Assembly: GCF_001194135.2 (NCBI RefSeq)
Contig: NC_068994.1
Location: 28,353 to 92,352 of the forward strand
Direction: 5' to 3'
DNA from: Octopus bimaculoides
Lineage: Eukaryota
DNA: 64,000 bases
Under the pieces are notes generated by a model. It saw only the letters and a list, made by a program, of their open reading frames with translations, had not been told where the DNA came from and did not search any database. The translations under genes were made by a program, and so were the position numbers. Shown piece after piece: positions 28,501-39,300 of this stretch. Position 1 is the stretch's first letter, and every line of letters begins with the position of its first letter.

Positions 28501-29492
28501 TTGGATATACTTACTGATAAAAGGCAAGAAAAACCTCTCAACGGTAAATACCCAAAGAGAGCTAATAATACCGATGTTGACAAAACCCTTACCCATCTAT
28601 AGTTAGTGTCTTCTGGCTTAAAATCAGAAACAGAAGGGTTTATCATAGCAGCCCAAGATCAATGCCTACCTACAAAGGACTATCAGGCCAATATATTAAA
28701 GAACGGCAGTAGCCCAACATGTCATGTATGTAAACAACAAAATGAAATCATTGATCATGTTGTCTCCATGTGTAGTTTTCTTGCGCCTACAGAGTATCTC
28801 AACAGGCATGATAGAGCAGCCAAATATATTCACCGGATAATTTTCAAAAATCTGGACCTGCCCCATAATAAAAACTGGTGGGAACACAAACCATCTCCAG
28901 TGCTTGAAAATGATCACATCTCACTCCTTTGGAACTTCACCATTCAAACTGATAGAAAGATAGATGCACATAGGCCAGACATTATATTGAAGGACTTCAG
29001 ACAAAAATCATGCCTCCTCATTGATATGACTGTCCCAATCAACATAAATGTATCTGTCAAGACCTACCAAAAACTGAGCAAGTATAAAGATCTTGAAACA
29101 GAAATTGGCAAAAGGTAGAACCTTAAGACTAAAACAATACCTGTTGTCATAGGTGCATTAGGAATGATAGCAAAAGAGGCTGATTGCTACCTAGCTCAGA
29201 TACCAGGAAACCCCAAAATGGCAGAAATTCAAGAGATAGTGCTCATGGGAACTGCCCATACCCTACATAAAATACTGTCTATGTAATCTCAAATTTTAAA
29301 CCAAACTTACAATTTTCTTATGTTTTCTTAAACATTCTCTAGAACAATACTGTGTAAGACCAAATATATGACACCCTAAGCATAACATCAGCATGAACTT
29401 CTAATTTGTTGTCTCTTGAAGTCTCTGGGTGAGACTTGGAGTCAACTTGTACAAATACAAAGCAAAATTCAAACATATAATAATAATAATGA

Positions 29493-29523
<31 letters not shown>

Positions 29524-32500
29524 AAGAAGAAGAAGAAAACAACATTTGAAGAAACTTACTTTGTGTTTGATCAGTGATGAGATAAGCAAAAACTTGCACA
29601 AGATTCAGACCAAGCAGGATTTCATTTTCTGCCCACTGTCTGTTAAAGATCCAATTGGAGCCAGTTGCTACCAGCTCTTCTGTTTGTATCTGTGCTACAA
29701 TCGAACTATTCACTGAAATATATATGACACATCTTCTGTTCAGAATGCCATTGATTCTCCCTTCTCCAATCTCCACACATCCCATAAATAAACCCTCATC
29801 ACTACCACCAGTAACAACACAAATATCTTTTGATTGGAGTTCAGTCAAATTTGATGTTTCTTCTTTGATATTTGTTATTAGAGCAAATCTGGCTGGACCT
29901 GGTGGACCACACACCTGAAGAAATTTAGTGACTTTATCCACTTCAAATTTCCATTCACTGCGATGAATGCAACCCTCTCCAAAACTCTCAGACAAAAGTA
30001 ACACCCGAGTGGTTCCTTTGGACAATGTGATTAAATATACAGATGCTGAAGTTGCATCTTGCTGGCCACAAGAATGAGAACAGAGTGCAATTAAGGATGC
30101 ATGAGGGAGACAGTACGAAAATTCAATCAATTTGGAATGCAAAGAGCCATCATGGTTTGATACAAAAATGGTTTTTGCCTTATTATTGTTGTTGTTAAGA
30201 TTTTCTTGGTTATGATATAAACTATAAACAGAGTGTGTACAGCCTTTCACCAACAGTTGACCACTTGAATTAACAGAAAACTCCCACTGATCTTCACCTT
30301 TAATGAATGACTTCTGAAATATATTTCCTTTGTGCCCACTGCGGATGAGATAACATGCACTGACAACTGTGTTTTCTTGAAGGGCACTGCAGATAATGAG
30401 GCTGCAGCCACCTCCATGAATCTTATCATAACAACCATTTACATTGAGTGGGCAATTAGTATATTCTTCACAATCATCGCTTCCTTTAAACACGAAGCCA
30501 TGTCCACAATGTCCATTGACTTTCCAGTTTGACAATAACATCACATGATTTGATCCAGAGAAGCAGTCAACAACGAGTTCTCCATTCTCATTAGTTATAA
30601 AACTATTAGCCGGGATTAAATGACCTGTATTAAAGGTAATTAAAAAAAAAAAGAAAAAAAAGAAAATTAGTATATGATTCAATAATTGGTAATAATGATT
30701 AATTATTAGCAGTGATGACAGCAACAACAATAATGAAGTAAAACTACATGATGATGCCGTCTTGGCCCTCAAGTTCTTTCACCATCTGTTTCACATAATT
30801 TTTTGAACCTAGCACATTTATACTTCTTTGCATTTCTGAAATCACCTTTATTGTAAACTACTTTCACTCTGATTCAAAAGTTGGGTCAAGTAATCAAAAA
30901 ACTCTACATTGACTACAATTGTGCCAAGTTGTTTAGAGGTCACACAAAAGCCCAAATTTATACCCAGTATGCTGAACTGAACAATCACTGAGCTAACTTT
31001 TTTGTTAATAGTTTTAACCCCCCCCCCCCNNNNNNNNNNATTTTGACCCTGTCAGCTCCATCCATTGCACTCAATCTCACTTTACTGTAAAACATCACAT
31101 TTCCTTCCATGTAATTTCCTCAGTCTTCTATTGAGCATAATGTACTACTGAACTCAGACCACTCAGTCAACTGCTTACCCATTCAACAATTCATCAATTT
31201 CTAACCCATAACCCAAACATCAGCATCTGTTTCTCTTACAAAATCTTGAACCATTATATTCTTTATGGCAATTAAACTCATTCAGTTCTTCTATGGATTA
31301 ATTTGTGCCAAAACTTCACTATATTCCATTAGTAACTATGTTGTTAATCATATTAAATAATATTATGTTTGTTAATTTATTAATTATTCAAACAATGTAA
31401 TGTTAATTGTGATAATTATATAAATAACTAGCTGATGTACCGAAAAAGCAGGGCTTATCCCTTGGTTCAGTTCTCTTGATTCGCTAATCCAATAACAACA
31501 ATACAAAGTATGTAGCCCTTAAAATGTTTTTTTATGTACTTACAGAGAATATCGAATTGTCTCACATAGGATCTTATTTTTAGGAATTTCTAATAAGTTA
31601 TGAATAGGCAAATTGTGAAGTCAGTTATGTAATAACATGAAATTAGTTACCCAATAGTAAGAATTCAAATGAAGTAGCCCTGTAAAGGTCTTTAATGTGT
31701 ATAGAACTTAGGTGTATATAGAACTTAGGTAGAAATACCAATAAGGCATATATACCAAAATCGTGAAGCATGTTATGTAATAACAGGCTAATCAGATATG
31801 AGATAATAACAATGCAAAGTAAGTAACTCTGAAAAGGGCTTTTGTGCATTCCCAGAGAATATAACCCTTAGGGGCGCTAGTGTTGAAATAAATTTACAAT
31901 GGATATAGAAACAGACTGACATTTAACTTTACAGTAGACATACAAATAAATTTGCATATAGATTTTAAAATAAAATAACATGTAGATTATCAATACATTT
32001 ACAACACTTACAAATATAACAGGTAAATAATAAATACCTGATGATTTGGTGAATCTTATTAAGTTTGCAGAGCTTCTTGATAAACAACATTTTTGGTCTT
32101 TCCTTGTGGGGCATTAATAAACAAATGATTAGGATTGCCAACTCTTGAGCATCTCACATAAAGTTGGACATCGGAGAAAACTGGTTTGACAAGGTTCAGA
32201 CCTACCACATCCAAGGACTGCCACTGGGCCTTGTTAATGCTCAGTTTCAATGGGAATTGCAGGTGCTTGTACTGAAAAGGCATATCCAAGGGAATAAGTG
32301 GAATTCTAGGAATCAATACAGGCTCACCGCTTGCTTTACCAGTCAAAAACTGTTGGCATTATCTTCTTTATGCCAACAGTCATGTGCCATGGCAAAACTT
32401 TGGTGGACTGAGGCCTAAAATTCACTATGCCATATGCCCATGGGCATATGGCGTAGTGGTTAAGAGCGCGTGCTACTAACCCCAAGATTCTGAGTTCGAT

Positions 32501-33251
32501 TCCAAGCAGTGACCTGAACAATAATAATAATAATAATAATGATAACATCGAAAAATACCTTAGGAATGAGAACCCAGGTTCGAAATTTCCCAAGACACCT
32601 GAAGAAGGCTGGAGGGTATATCAGCCAAAACGTTGTGTTAATAACAAACAAGATGAGGAGAAATATCCGTCGAATGTAAATAATGTACTTAATTATGTAG
32701 TTGATAATTATAGTGTTTGAAGTAAACTTACCTTGATAACTTTGAACTATTGAGACTACTGCAAAATGATTGCAATTGAAGCCAGAACGCAGCAGAAATA
32801 TCTGTGCTGTGGTGTTGGACCCTTCTGAGCCATAAGCATTTGATATGAAGACGAGAGAGCAACAGCCACCGTAATGGCTATTGATATTGAACTTCAATGG
32901 AGCATAGCAACGTATGGGCCATTTGCTTTGGGCTGATGACCACAGGCAGCTATATTGTACTAAAAAAGATGAAGAATAAATTACTAGGGGATGCCATCTG
33001 CAAGAAAAATGATAAAGTTATATGTATAAAACCTCATTAGTTATGCGTTAAAGAAAATATAATATTAATTAGTGTCTAGTGATTAGAGAATCACTAATTA
33101 GCTGTACAATAGTCTATAAGAGTAGGCATGAAAAATGGCACATTTTACTTGACTGAAATAAATTGCTCAGATCAAGCTGATCTGCAATCAAAGGTATCCA
33201 GTCTTATTTTCCAGACATGCTATATACATATACATATATATATACATATAC

Positions 33252-33310
<59 letters not shown>

Positions 33311-36300
33311 TTATCCAGTGTGTCCTGCTTTGTTTAAGATGGTAAAATATGATTTGTGAGAGATTGAGTTGGCTGCAATTTCTAGCAGATTAAGAATTGC
33401 ATTGTTAGGCACATGTTTTATAGGGGTCTTCTTTTCATGAAGTGCATGCATCTAACATTGAGGAGCACCCATTTCGGCATTACATAAAAATCACCAGTGC
33501 CAGTGCCACATACACATAGACACCAGTGTTGGTGCCATGTAGATAAGCACTCGTGCTGATGCCACATAAAAAGCACTTGTGTTGGTACGATGTAATTAAG
33601 CATTCATGCCAGTGTCACATAGCAAGTACCCATAGCAGTGCCATGTAAAAAGCACCCTGTAAAGTGCTTGACATTAGGAAGGGTATCCAGCCATAGAAAC
33701 CATACCAAAAACAGACAATTGGAGCCTGTGAAGCTCTCTAGCTAGCCAGTACCTGTCAAACCCTCCAATCCATATCAGCATGCAAAATAGACATTAAATG
33801 ATTACGATGATGATGATCTATTTTCGAAGGGATTCCTGTGGTGATCATCTAATATTTTATTCATTCATAGTGTATCTAGGACTACACTACCTAATATATC
33901 TAACATTATAATTATTGTTAAGCTTTAGGCCAATCTCAATCCAGTGGAGCTTATGAGAAAGTAGATGAAGTTCCATTGTTATTCCAATAGTATATCAAAG
34001 ACAACAGTATCTAATGTCTAGTATTGTAATTAGCATTGGGTGTTGTAATTGTTGTTGTTATTTAATCTTGCTTAACCCTGACACAGCCAAGCTGTGATCG
34101 AAGAGGTTCCAGCCATATCTCTTAAAATTATATTTTGATGAAAGATATTTTGTGAACATTCCACAACCTCTGTTAAAGTACAGAGCACATGCAACTTTCT
34201 GTCTCTGTCAGATACTCAGGTAATTACAGAACCTCAGCAGTTTATTTCATCTGGTTTTAGATGTAATGATGGCTAAATGTTATTCTGTAATACAAACAGG
34301 TAACATAGCAAGTAATAAATACTGGGTTCTTACCTTATCTGTGATACTGCTGTTCTTATCTCTGCCTCAAATAACTGTTTTATCTTTAATGTTAAAATAT
34401 TCTGAAGTTTTAAATTGTTTAGTGTATTGACTGTGGGAAGTACTTGTGATCATGGACAATAAGGAAGGAGGTCAGTTCACAAAATGCTAGGTCACACTAA
34501 TCAGATGTGTCATCTGGTGTTATTTAGCCCTGTGTCAGCTCTGACTGAGCAAATATTTGATCAGAGTAATTCCAGCCGTGAATGTGCATTTTTTTTTCTA
34601 AGTCAGTAGTAACCTTGAATTGCATTGTCCAAAACGTCTTTTCCTTTTTCTGTCTGTTTTAAGTTTTATCAGTCAAACTCTAAATTCATAATTTCATCTC
34701 TAATATCACATTAAAATCTTAGCCATTGATTCATTATTTTTGATTACCCAAGACATTTCTACTTACTGTCTTGCATTTGGTTAAATTCCATCTTAGAATT
34801 TTCTGTAAAAATGACCTTTGATGTTGACAAAATTTTCTTTTCTGGTTGATTAAAATTTTCTGCAATATTCAAAAGATCTGCAGAAAGGGATTCTGTAGAA
34901 TGTGGTGAATCGAAAGGTTTTCTTCTTACATCAACAGCCAATGGATCCTGTAGTAGTAGAAGTAAATGGAATGATAAATTTTTGTATGAAATGTTATGTT
35001 GTTAGACTATCAGACATTTCAATATTATTATAAACATCAGACTAGTAACTTCACCTTCAGAGACAAACCTTTATACCTATATCCATATCTGATATTTATA
35101 TAAATACCTGATGCAAAAAAGAAAGAAAAGGCCACAGCTGTGCAACTCTTTCAAACTACATGTATTTTGAATACAGCTTGATATGAAGAAGCTTACAAAA
35201 CAAATCCAAAGAAGAATATTTCATCACTTTAACATTTGCTTTTTTCTTGATGGCACAGATTGGAGATGTTGTGGTTTGAGTCACTTCTTATTTGAAGTTA
35301 CTTTTTGATGAGTCAAGCAATATCTCCCTTTTTAGTTGTTACACAGTTTCTATAAAGACAAAATATTGGAACATCTAACAGATTAAGACTACCATAAGGA
35401 AGAAACAAGAAACCCAGAGAAAGACAATAATGAATAGAATCAGAACATTAATTAACCAATTCCTATATTCCTTCATAAATAAAGAAATAGACTACTTATG
35501 TAACTCTGAAATGAAAGAGAGCAATTGCTACAGATTACCCAAGATCTACGAAAGCTCAGAAATATAGAGAGCCACGAGTGAACAAAAGAACCAATACATA
35601 AGAAACACTAAGACCTGCTCAAAAATATTAAGATTGCTGCTGTTGGTCTCAATTTGAGACCAGCAGCAGCCACAATCTCCAACACTACAACTAAGTCATC
35701 TTTTGGATATACTCCTTTAAACCCTTATGTCCATTAATACCCAGATATATATGAGACAGCATGGATTTTCTCAAATATATTCCACTCACTGTCCCATAAG
35801 GAACTATCCTTATGAGTTAGAGTTGCCAATTTAGCGTATTTTATGCTAGATCTAGCATTTTTTTTTCAGCATGTAGCAGAAAATTTTTGAATCTATCATT
35901 TAACAGAGAAAATAGCAGATTTAAAAGTTTATTTAGCATTTTTCTCTAAAAAATTATCCTTTTTTCTTTTTTCCTCCTTTTCTACTTTCTACTTATAGCC
36001 AAATTTTAGTACTATCGACTATTATTGAATTTGTCTTTGACTTCAAATGAAAGTTTATCAAGTTATGAATTTTTCCAGCCCACCCCCACGGCTTGGATAC
36101 AGAGTGGTGCTGGTGGGGGAGGGGAAGAAGATAACTCATGTCAGCACCTGAACTCACTACACAATAATTTAAATATGTTGCAAAGGACGAAAGCATGGAA
36201 ATTCGTCCTAACAATGCTTTATTCTGTAGTGATGAGTTTTTATCATGACAAGGTTGCCTGATTTACTTTCAGTTTGACTGTTTTAAAATAGCCCTGTGTT

Positions 36301-39300
36301 TTTTCATGCTTATTTTGGATTATATATCTTGTATAGAAGTAGGGGGGTGGCAGGGTCTCACCCTTTATATTTCTAGTTTATTTTTGCAAGTATTGTATTT
36401 ATATTTGTGGTTTTACCAATAGATATTAAATGTAAGATTGGAAGCGAAATATGATGTTCCCAGGTTTATATCAGAATACAGTTTAATGATTTCTGCAGAT
36501 TTTACTTTTCCATTTATAAGTTGGCCACCCTGCACCATGAATCAGTATTGTTCACCTCAAGAATTTGTAAAATTTGTGAGCAGCAAACATCAGAATTGTT
36601 AATGACGAATGTCAGCGGCAAACAGATTTGGTTGTGCTTCCAATTTTATATTTTTAGGTTGTGCTTCCAATTTTATATTTTTATTAATCATTCAATTAAT
36701 TTTTTTGCTTCCCACTGCATTATAATGAGCAAAGAAAAAACAAAAGTTGTACCAGCAAAAATTCCGAAAGGAATGGCTTAAGATGTCAGCATTTACTAAG
36801 CGGTTGTGTGAAGTACCCAGTGACCGATCTACAGCAAATTGCAGATATTGTAGATGTAATATGTTGTCAAAATATTCTCTGTTAGTAAGCCACTGTGAAG
36901 CAAAGAAACATAAGGCATCAACTCCACAGCAAATGATTCCTCTAACCAATTTTATTAAAACCAAAAATGATAAGACATCTATGCTTGAAGCAAATTTAGC
37001 AATGTTTCCTTGTTGTCACTCATCATTTAATAGCTGTGATCACTCAGTAGAGTTATGTAAGAATTATGTCTGATAAGTGATATTCTATCCAAAGTGAAGA
37101 TGCATCGTACAAAATGTGCAAATATTGTAAGAAATGTTCTAGCTCCATATTTTGATGGAGATTTGATTTTTGATATAGGAGTTAGAAACTTTAGCCTGTT
37201 ATTAAATGAATCCAAATGATATATCGATAAACAAGTTGTTAGGAATTGTTATCATATATCATAGTGACACTCACAAAAAAGTGGTAAAAACATATCTCAG
37301 TATGGTATCTTTAGAAACATGTGCTGCAGATGGCACTGTAGGTGCCTTAAAAATTGAATTAGTGAAAAAGAAATTAGATATAAAAAAATTTACTGGCTAT
37401 AGGCTCTGACAATGTTAGAGTAATGATAGAAGTTAACAATGGTGTTTTCCAGAAATTAGAAGAAGTTCTATCATTACTTCTATTTAGATGTGTTTGTCAT
37501 TCTTTACAGTTGGCAGTATCCCAAATTTAGAATTTTTAGTATCCGAAACCTATGAATGGTCCTCTCATTCTTCAACAAGACAAAATACCTACAAACAACT
37601 TTACCTTGCTATCAATGATAAAGAACCTTTGAAGATTGTGAATTCTTGTACAACTAGGTGGCTGTCAATGGAACCAGCTGTAAATGGAATTTTAAGCCAA
37701 TGGTTTGAATTGCAAACTCACTTCCAAACTACAACTACAAAAGAAAAATGCTTTACGGCACAAACGTTACATGAAATGTTTTGCGATTCTAGGAATGAAC
37801 TTTACCTTTTATTTTCACATCCAGTTTTAAAACATGTTCAGGAAGTGAATAAACTGTCTGAATCAAACAATGTCGACAAAACAAAATTACTTGAAGATCT
37901 TTCAAATTTGATCAAATCTGTTGCTAATACGATAGTGTTGCCAACATGTAGAATTGATCCTCTTGATCCGGATGCTTCTATTGAAAAATTTCCGGATCCT
38001 AAACCAAATTTAAGCTACAGATTCAAGAGAAAGATAGCAGAAATAATTATCAAGAAGACTGTAACAGCCACCGAAGAAAACAATATTCGAAAAGGAGCAC
38101 AACAATTTTTGACTGTGCCTTTAGAAAGAGCTCAAGCACCGTTTGCCAGAAAATATTAATATACTGAGGAAAATCAAATGATTCTCAGCATTTCAAAGAG
38201 CCAATTTTACCTGTCTTAGAAGCAATGCATTTAAATGAAGAAAAAAATTGCTTCAATTGAAATTCAGTTTAATAGCATTCGTTTAGTTAAATGGAAAAAT
38301 ACATCTAGTACTGAGGCATTCTGGCTAGAAGTCTTGGAATATAAAAGATGCTAGTGGGGGAAATCCTTTTAGAGATGTTGCATTTTAGAGATGTTGACAT
38401 TGCCAAACTCAAATGCAGGAATATAATTAAAGCAAGTAAATAAAAATGCAAATAAAATAAGTCTTTAGCATTTTTTTTTTTTTTTTTGTCATATTTAGTG
38501 TTTTTTGGCATCTTTCTGGTATTTTTTCTACTGAAATTTAGCATAAAATTCTGATTTTAAGTTGGCAACACTGTTACAAGTTTTTATGTTAGTAACCTTT
38601 ATACTGGTATAACTTACACTTTGGGCCTGGAAGTAATCAAACACAGGATAGAAAAACATAGAAAGAGGATAACTGAGTGTTTCAAAATGGACTTTAATAC
38701 CAAGGCTTTGATGGTAAATATGTCAACAAATAAAGGGCACAACCCTGGAGATGAAATTTACACCCTTGTGTGCTAACCTAATTATAGGCTTTTTTAGAAG
38801 AAAAGTAGAGAAAACTTTTGACCAAAAGTCAAAGAATTATGTCATTGAAAAGTGGAAACTCCTCCTCAAAAACAGCTTTATTTTGGGGGAGAAATCAAAT
38901 GATGATCTGCAAATGTTCAATTCTGAACACCCTTCACCAATTTATCAAATTCATGTTACAAACCAGTCGTAGTGACTTACCTTTCCTAGACATTCACGTC
39001 AAAAAAGATGTGACTCTACATTCACAATGATATATCTTACAAAACACAGACATGCACTAATACTCGAACCTCCACTATCACCATCCTTCACACATCAAAA
39101 GATGCATTCCATACAGCATGGCAAGATGTATCTGTGCTATAGTAGTTGATCCAAAAATATATAAAATTTGTGTCAATGAACTCAAAAGCTTCCCCTTAAA
39201 ATTACCCCTTGAAATTAATAAATGATAGAATTATGAAGGCAATGAAACTAGACATCATACAACTGAGGACATCTAAGAAAAAATGAAAGAAAATACTATT

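Noticed and set aside
29339-30772. 477-aa ORF read as a single-exon gene with a signal peptide and poly-Ser
   Set aside because: Both ends are intronic microsatellite or poly-T sequence; only 29560-30624 is bounded by splice sites.
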